A stretch of 64,000 nucleotides of DNA from Callorhinchus milii (taxonomy: Eukaryota), in contig NW_024704742.1 of NCBI RefSeq assembly GCF_018977255.1, positions 37,202,001 through 37,266,000 on the forward strand. Reading direction: 5' to 3'. The position numbers and the translations under genes are program-made. A model generated the notes under the pieces. It worked only from the letters and a program-made list of their open reading frames with translations, was not told the origin of the DNA and made no database searches. Shown here in pieces: positions 1 to 11,100 of the stretch (position 1 is its first letter; every line of letters starts with the position of its first letter).

Positions 1-700
1 TCTCTGTCTGTGAGTGCGTTTCTCTGTCTGTGAGTGCGTGTCTCTCTGTGTCTGTGAGTGTGTGTTGCTCTCTCTGTGTCTATGAGTGCGTGTCGCTCTC
101 TCTGTGTCTGTGAGTGTGTGTGTCTCTCTGTCTGTGAGTGCGCGTCGCTCTCTCTGTGTCTGTGAGTGCGTGTCGCTCTCTCTGTGTCTATGAGTGCGTG
201 TCGCTCTCTCTGTGTCTGTGAGTGTGTGTGTCTCTCTGTCTGTGAGTGCGCGTCGCTCTCTCTGTGTCTGTGAGTGTGTGTTGCTCTCTCTGTGTCTATG
301 AGTGCGTGTCGCTCTCTCTGTGTCTGTGAGTGTGTGTGTCTCTCTGTCTGTGAGTGCGCGTCGCTCTCTCTGTGTCTGTGAGTGCGTGTGTCTCTCTGTG
401 TCTGTGAGTGCGTGTCGCTCTCTGTGTCTGTGAGTGAGTGTCGCTCTCTCTGTGTCTGTGAGTGCGTGTCGCTCTCTCTGTGTCTGTGAGTGTGTGTGTC
501 TCTCTGTGTCTGTGAGTGTGTGTGTCTCTCTGTGTCTGTGAGTGCGTGTGTCTCTCTGTGTCTGTAAGTGCGTGTCGCTCTCTCTGTGTCTGTGAGTGTG
601 TGTGTCTCTCTGTGTCTGTGAGTGCGTGTGTCTCTCTGTGTCTGTAAGTGCGTGTCGCTCTCTCTGTGTCTGTGAGTGCGTGTCGCGCTCTCTGGGCCTG
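1..700. repeat. Compound TC/TG minisatellite, unit about 26-28 bp (tcgctctctctgtgtctgtgagtgcgtg), truncated by the window start
   Basis: Directly visible tandem variants of the unit. Confidence 0.95.
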
Positions 701-835
701 TGTGCGGTGCTGGGCACTGAGAGCTGGTGTGGCCCCTTCGTCCCCACCCAAAAAAAGGAAAGGCCACCCAGTTTTTGTTAAAGCAGCAATTAGTATATTT
801 TTTGCAACCGTGTAATATGTGTTATTTCCTCTGGT

Positions 836-999
836 TGTACTGCTGGATTCTAACCAGTTAAAACTGATTAGCTTGCCATTGAAAGCACTGTCTGGCAAGC
901 TTTCCTGCTGCTTGTCCAGCTAGGACCACTCTACTTGTTAGGGCTTTGGCTTGAGTGTTAACAAGAGTTGAGTGGGAAGATTCCTTGCCCCAAGTGACT
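836..999 (-). repeat. Unidentified interspersed repeat family X, fragment
   Basis: Reverse complement matches 1198-1307, 11630-11770 and 42970-43120. Confidence 0.75.
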
Positions 1000-1029
1000 G
1001 TTTTTATTACGCCAAGTAGGGTCTTCTTG

Positions 1030-1372
1030 GAGCTGAACTGGCTCCAAGGCGACATGCTTGGCAACGGAATATCTGAATCGAGCCAGCCCCCTGTGGCAGT
1101 CTTAAGGGTCTTGTTCCTGAGCTAAGTGGGTCTGCAGTCTACCAGGGTACTGCTGATGACAGCACAGGCTCATCAGAAAGACTTGGAAGAGCAGACGAGT
1201 CACTGGGGACAGGGAACCATCCCACTCAACTCCTGTTAACCCTGCAGCCAAAGCCCTACTGGTGATCCAGTGGTCCAGCTCAGGTAGCAGGAAAGTTTGC
1301 CAGATAGCGATGTACTTTCCGGAATTAAGTAAGCAGGATGCATCCCTCAGGGAGAGAGTGCGCATTCCATAC
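1030..1372 (+). repeat. Unidentified interspersed repeat family X
   Basis: Shares ctggctccaagg...cttggca, gctgatgacagc, cccactcaactcctgttaaccctgcagccaaagccct and gagagtgc.cattc motifs with seven other loci. Confidence 0.75.
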
Positions 1373-3867
1373 ACTAACTAAATGTGATATGATTCAAAAA
1401 TACCAGATCAAGTATTAATTTTTTTTGTCCTGTTAGTAAATTGTCAGGCCCTGCAAATGATAATTTTTTTTCTGATAGCATAGTTAAATTGAAATCAGTT
1501 TTATCGCTTAAACTGCTCATGTTCCAAGATAGGATAATTCAGCTCTAGACAGATATTGTACCTTGTCCTTGGTGTGTGTGGTTCATTGCCACATCCAATG
1601 TGGCAGTGAGCGAAGTGCCACATCCATATTTTCAGATTTTTGCAATTGTTTGGAATTCTGTCTCCAGATCGCATTATTCATTTCCACAGATGTTTCACAA
1701 GATTTTTTTAAAAAATGTAAACCTCTTTGTATTTTGCATAACCTGAAGGTGAAGTCACATCCCAATCTAAAATTTAATTTGAGTGCACTTTGACTAATTT
1801 TTAGAGATGACACTTTCAGCAAAGCTGAAGTCCGTAAATGTCTAAATTGACCTGGTTGCTGGTAGAACAAATCACCAAACATGGAAACTATCTCTGACCC
1901 TATAACCGTGCTCAAAAAGATTTGAGTCTTCACAGTAATCCAGTAGATGTGATTAACTCTCAAATAGTTAAAAAAAATTAAGCCATGTTTGTGACCATTG
2001 AAAAAAAAGTTCACATTTTCCCATTTGTTTTATTTAACAGATTTAATCAAATACACTTTGAAAGAATGTTTATTCTACAAATGGTTGGCCCAGCCTAGAA
2101 ATATACACTTGTATCATTTACTTGACTGTATAATATATTTAACAAGAATATTCCTCATTAGTATATTATCTGTAATCTAGATCATTTTGCAAGTAGTCAG
2201 ACTTTTTCTTACTAATTCCAACTATAAAATGCATATGTAGAAATCTGATACAGTGCCTTTCACGTCGTGAGGACATCTCAAAACATTTCACAGGATTTGA
2301 AAATCTGAAACAAAAATAGAGTTTCACAACTATTTTTATGAGTGAACTATATATAACAGTAATAATACTGTGGGTGAATGAAGTAATAATAATGTAAATA
2401 ATGCATATATGCTTAAGCTATTAGAAACAACAACAACTTGCATTTATATAGCACCCCTCACACAGGTAGCGTCCCAGAGCACTTAACAATTTCCAATAGA
2501 GTAACTATTTTCCTTTGCAGTTATTTTATATTTCCAGAAATGGTAATGGCATAAAACCAAATAGACTTCCCCAAACACAAATCACTGCTAATTGAAGATA
2601 TTCACAAATAATCAAGGCATTAGTTTCTCTATATGCTCCTTCACTGGAATAAAAATTCCTCTATTCCCAATAAAATCACTGTATAATAAAATCCAATCGC
2701 CCTCTTCATTGTTAGTTCCTCAGTAGAGTATGACAACAACTTGCATTTAAATAGTGAGCTTTATGTGGGTCAGCATCTCAGAGCACTTAATAAGTCTTTA
2801 TGAGTCTACATGCATACATGAGGGGTAAGGGGGAAAGTTGGTCGGGGGCAGGGGGAAGGGAATTCGGATGGTTGGAGGCTCAGATGGAATCACGGATATG
2901 GACTGGGCTAAATGGCCTGTTTTGATACTTGGATTTTTTGTAATTCTATATCCTGTAAGAATAACAATTTGCAGCTTATTCTGCAAAATGAGAGCACAGA
3001 TTATCTTTTTCCTCTTACTATAAACCATTTCAAAAATTGTATTATTTCCAAGAACTACTTGTGCATGGGTTTAACCTCAGTTTCTTTCCTTGACCTCATT
3101 ACAATTTAAGGGCCATTAGAAAAGCCTCAAGAGAACCAGTATAATATCTAATTTCCTATTATCACTCCCATTTTCCGCAGAGTTAGGAGATCATGGTTTG
3201 GCAACAATTGAAAAGTTTTTTTTTAAATTGCAAAAACTTTAGCTAATGAGATTTTTTATGTTTTTTTTATGTATTCATGAAACCGGTAACTGGAATGAGT
3301 GGATCTAAAACTCATGGCTTGATACCATGAAATGTATAGATCTAAGCAGATTTTTAATTTTTCTTGTTATTTGCCATGACGTTATATTATCCATCAGCAA
3401 AACTCATCCAAAGAATGAAATTGGTACAAGGCATTCTCTAGATTCCTTAATCTGAGTTAAAGTACGTGTTTCATTATTTCCCTTTGTAGAGTACAGGCAC
3501 AAAACAAATCTACAGTTAAACTTATTTGTACTGCACTTTGAGCATTGGTTTTGGTGAAAATAATGAATGGCCTTCAATGAATGCTCAAAATGCAGCGTGA
3601 CAGTGGGTAGAAAGAAAGTGATTTGGGAAGGAAATTGATTTGGACCACAAAGAAACTTATTATAGTGTGGTTTGCTGGATTCAATATTTATAAGTGAGGC
3701 ATGAAAAATTTACCCAAATCCTTGTCAAAATCCGGAATCCATTTGCCTCGCCCCTTCCCTTACCTCCTTCAGCCCCTTTTCCCTTTTGAATCCAACCCCC
3801 AGTTCGGGTGTAAACCCTCCACTGTCCAGCCCCTCAGGACATCCTCCCAATGCTATGTAAATGCTGT

Positions 3868-5044
3868 CCACAAAGGAAATGGGTCATGAAATAAAGTGGA
3901 AGTACTTAGTATCCTGATTCTGAGCCAGAAAGCCTGTAATTTTCCCAAACAGTTAAAAATTGTATCATAGACTCAAATCCACTGCATTCGTTCAATACCA
4001 CAGGCATATGGGTTAAAGATTTTGAGCAGGAAGACATGCTGACGGTGTAATATCATTTTGTTGATTCTCATATTATTCCTCTGTGTTCCTTCTATTATAT
4101 TATCCTTGTGTTGCCATATTATTTTATACATCACAAGCATGTTACTTTTTTCATATGTGAGAAGGAAGAATGGAAGGAATGGAGGGGGTTTGGAATGAGG
4201 AATTCTTTAAATCTATTGAGACCACAAATTATTTTAAAAGGAAATTGGATCGATGATTGAAAAGCAGATTATTATGGGTACGTGGAGAAAGCCAGGGGGG
4301 GGTGGGATTCGGCTTGGCGGCTCATGTGAGGTGGGAAAAAAAAAGTGCAGAATTGATGATGATGATAATAATCATCCTCATTATCATCCTTGCATTTGAA
4401 ATGGCAACTTTCACACATCAAAATGTTTCACAGGATTTACTGTAAAGTGTAATGACAGCATTTTGTACGCAACAATGGGTCGAATAGCCAGTTTTCTGCG
4501 CTGTAGTGATCTGTATGTGTGATGAAAAGACAGGTGAAATAACGTGTGAGATTACTAAATAGAATTAATTTTGCCTCCTCAGTTCTGTATAGATGACCCG
4601 AAATGTAACCTATATGCCAATATGAGGAAGCGGAAGAGGATACTAGAAGGGGATACTAGCATCTCCGGAGCATTAAAAAGCATCACCAATTCGGAAATTT
4701 CAATACATATGGATGTTTTGTTAAAGTTACGCTTATGATTGACCTCAACTAAATGCAATTGCTACAGTATTTTGCTGAACATAAAAGAAATGCAGTGCTC
4801 ACAGTTAGTTTTGGCAAACTTTTTCGAGGTGTATTGCTTTAACTCCTAAGCCCACAAAGGAACTGGGTCATGAAGTGCAACAGAGGTATTTAGTATCTTC
4901 ATTCTGAACCAGAGAGGCTGGAATTCTCCAAAGCAGTTGAGAATTGGTTCACAGACCTAAATCCGTTGGATTGGTGCAATACTGCAGGCATGTGGGTTAA
5001 AGATTTTGAGCAGGAAGACATACTGATGATGTAATGTCATTTTT
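3868..5044 (+). repeat. Diverged direct duplication of about 190 bp (3868-4059 and 4852-5044)
   Basis: Both copies read ccacaaaggaa.tgggtcatgaa ... gggttaaagattttgagcaggaagacat.ctga.g.tgtaat.tcatttt. Confidence 0.85.
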
Positions 5045-5095
5045 CCCCTGTAATATGACACTGTAATATTGACATTCTTTTTCTTTTTTTGCTAG

Positions 5096-5191
5096 AACCT
5101 GCAGTGGAATACACAGCACGCCACAGTGACGCGTACAGTACATCGAGTGAAAGTCCATCGCTTGTTTCTTCAGACCCAGATTTTCGACATG
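5096..5191 (+). CDS. PTPN13: PTPN13 exon ([32 protein letters not shown])
   Basis: T-rich tract + tag acceptor, gtattc donor, phase 1-1; matches the PTPN13 STSSESPS motif. Confidence 0.9.
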
Positions 5192-8100
5192 GTATTCTAA
5201 AATCCAGATGCTAGCTGATGCTCCTTTACTAAGCAAATTCTTAATGATTTCTCAATACTAATGGTGTTTGAGTACAGTCAGTAGTTTTCTTACAAATCTT
5301 AAAAAAGATCTAATTTATTTTATGGTTTGTTTGCTCTTGAAAGTTCTGTGCTCCTAATATTATTGTAATGGGACCCTATTTACTGCTGGACACTTACATC
5401 ACAAGATTAGAAGATTGATTTAGATAAAACCCTTCGGCCCATTTGATCGTATCCTTCCAGAACTTAACGCCTGTGATCACTTTCTCCAGAGGGAGGGGAG
5501 AGAAGAAGTAAAGAGAGTACCTGGTTTAAATGGCACATAAGAAAGTCAGACATATCTGCAGTAATTGAAAACGCAGCTGAAGGTTGACAAGTCTGTCTGG
5601 CTCATCTGTGAGACGTGGAGTGTCTGCAAACAGATCATTAATCTTGTGAGCCAAAGTCCTAATGGTGGTCCTGGCTGTGTACCATGCAATGTTTATCATA
5701 ATAATAAGCCATAAAGTTGCACAGTTGTATCGCAGCACAGTTGTGGTCACATTGAATATCAATCATCCTTATATCATAGCAGTTGAATGGTGCTGTCATC
5801 GTTGGTCATGTTGCAGCACCATTGATAATTTATGTAGGCGGAGGCTGTGAGAGACAACAAACTATCTTCCCTATCTGTAGCTTTTCATTTCCTCTATTTA
5901 ATAAGTAATATATATTTTTTGCTAGTGCTTATTATAATCACCTAATTGTTGTAATTTTCTACTGAAGAAAAATCATCTCAATTAAAATCACAAGTTAGGA
6001 AGTTGGCCAAAGGCTGCATATTTTTACAACATTGAAGCATTGAGTCGTGCACCTTGTTATCATTGTGTGGCTGGGTGGTTAGTTGGAATGTTGGCTTAAC
6101 AAAATCAATCCCTTCAGTTGTGTTTTGTTGGCTGCTAGCATTAAATTTGAGCCTCCTGTCAGCATAAGTTGTCACTTTTTAGTGATGTCCCTGATAAAAT
6201 TCATTACAATAATGAGACCTTTATGAGTAATTAACACCTAAGAGAACAAAGATGGATTTACCCAGAACATGAGATGTTTTGTACTTTTCTCTCCCAATGA
6301 AAAAATAAAGTGTTTAGCTGAGCGCTTTCTGCTTTTGCTTCACTTTACAGACAAAGTAGTTTGCTTTGTTTATATGGATGAAGGAATGTGCAAGGCTGGA
6401 AAAGACCGTTTTGGTTTGTCTGGCCAGTTTCATTTTCGAATACCAGAGTGTGTGTTTCATATAAAAGTTAAAGGCTTTGTTTCGTGTGAGTTGGGGGTGA
6501 AATTGATGTGTCACTAAACTAATCTGAAAATTGAATCAGATATTTTTGGAGTTTTTAGGAGGGCTAAACTTTACTTCCCAATGTCAGAAGTGCACAATGT
6601 GCTAATATCCCAGAGTCCCTGATTTATTAGTGATGTTGCTGGTGACTATTGTCATCAAGTAATGTTAATAGTAGAATGTTAGACAGTATAATACTTTATC
6701 AGAAATTAACTTTATACATTTTATTTTGTGATTGTTCTATTTGTTTCAGTCCCTCTTCACAGTATTGCATCACACAATTATGCAAGGACCTCAAATCTAT
6801 ATTCCCCATTTCTCAGCATCATAAAACCTGAAACATAACTCTTCTTGAACTTCTTTTCATAAAAGCAAAAGAAATGTGATGAATCTAACATCATTAGCCT
6901 TGTCCTTCCATTTCCCATAAATTGGAGGCATTCTTCAAGAATCCCACAAGATTCACCTACAAATATACAGTGAATTCACTTTACAGTATATTCTGTGAAG
7001 CGTTTTGAGCTGTCTAGAAGACGCGAAAAAGCATTATATCAGATGCAAAGATTATTTATTTATTATTCCATTTCCAATGAGTGCGTGAGCTCACCAAAGG
7101 CTGGTGTACGTGCTTATTGTATGCTTCATTTATTTGATAGTCAACTACAAAGAATGCTTTTTGTTTTTCAAACCATTGCTCAAAGCCCCTCTTGTTGGTA
7201 TCTTCAAATATCAACCAGCAATAGCAACAACAACAAAATGACATTTATAGAGCGCATTTTACGTAGGGAGGATGTCCCAAAGCGCTGAACAGCAGATGTC
7301 GGATCCCGAGCATGGGGGAGGGGTGGTGTAGGGGTGAGGGAAGGCAGAGAGGTGAGAGGGAGACCAAAGGCACGGTTGAAGAGAAGGGTCTTGAGACCGG
7401 CCTTGAAGGAGGCGAGGGAGGAAGCGAGGCGAAGGGACTGTGGGATGGAGTTCCAGAGTGTGGGGGCAGAGAGCCTGAAAGCTTGGCCACCGATGGTAAA
7501 GCGGGTCGGGCGGGAGACATGGAGCAGACTGGAGCCTGATGAACGGAGGGAGCGGGCAGGTGAGTAGGGAGTCAGCAGGTCAGAGAGGTAGGAGGTTGCA
7601 AGGCAACCAGGAATACAAATGTATGCAGTGTTATGGAAACAAATTTTGGGCTACTGAAGCGGTAATTTGGGTGTCTTGATTTCTCTAGTACTGGGGGTAA
7701 GGACCAGCTAAAATCTACATATTGTTTGTGGCATGGATACAAAGGGTGATGGAAATCTGGAACTCTCTCCCAAAAAGGCTGTGGATGCTGGATCCATTCA
7801 AATTTTCAAGACTGAGATGAATAGATTTTTGTTAGGTGTCAAGAGATATGGGGCAAGAGCGGGAAATTGGAGTTGAGGTACAGTTGAACCATGATCTTAC
7901 ATACTGGCGGAACAGACTCGAGGGCTGAATGGCCTTCTTCTGCTCCTATGTCTCATTTAACACTGAAGAATGAATCCAACCCTGCCCTGTGGACAGAGAA
8001 GAATTTCAAGAGTTGTTACTTCGGTTGACTGAGTCTCTGATGCTAATGTGACCATAATCAACTTTTATTTGGTGGTAAACCCCACCCCTCTCAAGTGCCA

Positions 8101-11100
8101 TCGACAATGTGTAATAATAATAATAATACTTCCATTTGATATAGTGCCTTATTACGTCTTTGAGATGTCTCAAAGCGCTTCACAGGATGTACTGTAAAGT
8201 GATGGGCGAAATGGGGCAGCTAATTGCGCACAGCAGTGTCCCACAAACAGTCATGGATTGAGTGACCAGTTTATTATATATTTTTTGAAGGAATTATTAC
8301 CCTTGGAAAAGTGATCTACCTATCAACTAACAACTGGGTTCCTACTTACTCTAGGCAAACAGGGGCTGTGTTGGGGCAGAGGGGGGCTGCCGATAAACAT
8401 ACTTGTTGAATACGCTTTTTCGGTGTTAATATGGAAATGCACCAGATGTCCATTGCCAATTTCTACGCTTTAAATTATGTGACAAAAAACAACCTACAAA
8501 GGCTTAAATAACTGAAGTAAAAATGTTGGACATTTTATATGGTTGAATGTTAGATAGCACAGACATACCTTTCTAATTTTCTGTTTTCTTTCTCTCCTCC
8601 CCCCCACTAGTTCCCAGGAGTGAAGAAATTCGGAGATACAGTTTTCCAGTAGGTTTTGCTGCAGGAGATGAGTCCTTAGAGGATGGTCATAATGTGGTTA
8701 GGAGAGCAAGGTGAATCTTCTGCCATAAATGTTATCACTGCTGTATTTGTAAAACAGATTTAGGAATTATTCAACCAATGCAATAGTTTAGAGCAGCTTA
8801 CTGACTACCATTTGAATTTAGTTCAGAATTGTTAATAGACTTGTAATCGACTTGTAATGGAAATGCTGCCTTAGTGTTGGAAAGAGCACCTCCTGTAGGA
8901 CACCCCATATATAGCGCACTGACCGACAAGAAGTCTCCTCCAATGTAATCTCTGGTCGGAGCCTTGCTTCCTCCCTTGCCTCCTTCAAGGCCGGTCTCAA
9001 GATCCGCCTCTTCGATTGTGCCTTTGGTTGCCCTCCCACCTCTCTGCTTTCCCTCACCCCTACACCACCCCTCCCCCCATGCTCGGACCCCGACACCTGA
9101 CTATACAGTGCTTTGGGACGTCCTCCCGACATGAAAAGCGCTCTATAAATGTAATTTTGTTGTTGTTGTTGTTGATATGGTAGTTTCATTATAAAGCAAG
9201 GGAAAATTCATGTGTAAATCAAACCTGTGCCATTTCACATTGTCACTTAGCAACAGAGTGGTGTAGACAGTGACTGGAAGCAGGTTACTCAGTTAGAATG
9301 GCTTATTGCATTGAACAACTCAATATAAAAGAAAGTGGGTGAACGAGAAACCTTTTTCATTCATAAAAAACAAAGGTAAGCGAGTGTAAAACTTGAGTGA
9401 TCAGTTGTTGTTTTTGCATAATTCTCTAAATCTAACCTATTAAAAAATCAGCAGTCCATATGAGATGTCGACAGATGAGAACATGATGAGCCAGGAGTTG
9501 ATGCTGAAACGTCAGGAAGAAGAATTGAGACAACTACAGAGCAGATTAGCTCAGAAACAGCTTCAATCGGAACTTCACCAAGTATCCATGTTGGATGTCA
9601 ACAGGGACCCCTTGAGAGATGTAGCTATGGAAACATCCATGTCACAAAGAAAACTGAAGGTGAAGAGTTCACTTGTATTTAATGAGGAAATTAAATTGTG
9701 GAGTCCTGTAGCTCAGTGGTTAGAGCACTCGCTTTGCAAGTGAGAGACCTGAGTTCAATTCCAGGCAGAGGGCGAAACCTTGGGCAAGTTTCCTTACTCC
9801 ACACAGAGCCTAATAATAATCCCTCCAAAACAAAAAACAATAATAAATTGGTCATTTTCAATCTACGACTGTTTGTGGGACATTGCTGTGCGCAATTGGC
9901 TGCCGTGTTCGCCCACAAATATACAGTCAATTCACTTTGCAGTATATTCTGTGAAGCGCTTTGGGACGTCCTCCCGACGTGAAAAGCGCTATATCAAATG
10001 CAAGGATTATTATTATTATTATTATTAAATGCATCCACTTTTTGGTGCACAGTGAGTTGTTGCAAAATATGCAGCCGATTGGTAGAAATGTTACTGGTGC
10101 ATTGGACTACAGTTTGTTGTTTCATTTCTCAGATCTAGATTTGTGGGCTAGGTTAACTGAATCAGTGATCTACTTCTATCTGAAATTGTTGCTATCTTAC
10201 TTTGAATCTATTTACAAAATGAATTTACAGAAGGTCTGTTATGCTTGACCAACCTGAGTGATTTATTTGAAGATGTAAGAGATAAAGTAGACAAGAGAAA
10301 TGCAGTGGATTAGAGTATTTGGATTTCAGAAGACCTTCGATAAAGAGCCAGATGAGAGATCCATGACCAAAATCATGGCATGTGGAGTCGTGGGTAGAAA
10401 ACCGAAAGAGCCGTGATATGAAGCAGTTCATTTAACCCTTGCTCCACCCCACCAGGCAGTGCTCAAGGCTGAAACTGGTAGAAAAATGTTCCATTAGGTG
10501 GGGCTAACATTTTTCACCTGATGGAGCACTAGTGATTTGTAAAATAATAATTAATAAGGATTGGGGAAAATTGAAAGATGAGTCATCACAAGCTATTCTT
10601 ACAGTTTTTAGAGGAATAATGTCAGAGGCATGAAGCCATGTTTAGCTACCCATGTTATGGCTGGGTGGTATATGGTGTGGTGTGAGGAGAAGCCATGAAG
10701 TGAAAGACATAAAGGAAACTGGCATGTATCTGTATGTTTGCATTAAATGAAGGTGTGCTAAATTTAAACTAATTTACAATTACTGCCGCAAAGCACTTCC
10801 CAGTGCAAGTGGGGAGTGGAAAGATGACCAAAAGTGTAGTCGAATAAATATATTTTGAGACTTTTTTTTAAAAAAAAGGGAAGAGATGGAGCAAGGTGGA
10901 GGGCCTCTGGGATGGAATTCCAGAGAAAATCTGAAAGCCTGCCTGCCGATGGTGGGGCGGATAGTGTGGAGGACATGAAGCATACCAATGTTCTGAAGCA
11001 GGGAGAGAGAGGGAGGAGGAGGAACTCCAGGATGAAGTTTCAAAGAGTGGAAGCAGATTGTCTGAAAGCTCGCCCACTGTTGGCGGGGCAGAGTGAGGGA

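Noticed and set aside
296..898. 200-aa minus-strand ORF rich in T/H/R/E
   Set aside because: Translation of the minisatellite plus a repeat fragment; low complexity, no gene structure.
1150..1180. Hammerhead ribozyme at ctgatga...gaaa in family X
   Set aside because: The ctgatga pairs with a downstream tcatcag, and the GAAA is absent from the other copies.
9700..9775. tRNA-Ala gene
   Set aside because: No proper acceptor stem; it continues into a SINE body and tail in multiple copies, so it is a SINE head.
9691..10028. Recurrent ORFs MGKFPYST..., MESCSSVV..., MTVYLWAN... (also at 12708, 51308-51723, 60296)
   Set aside because: They recur only because they are translations of the same non-coding SINE.
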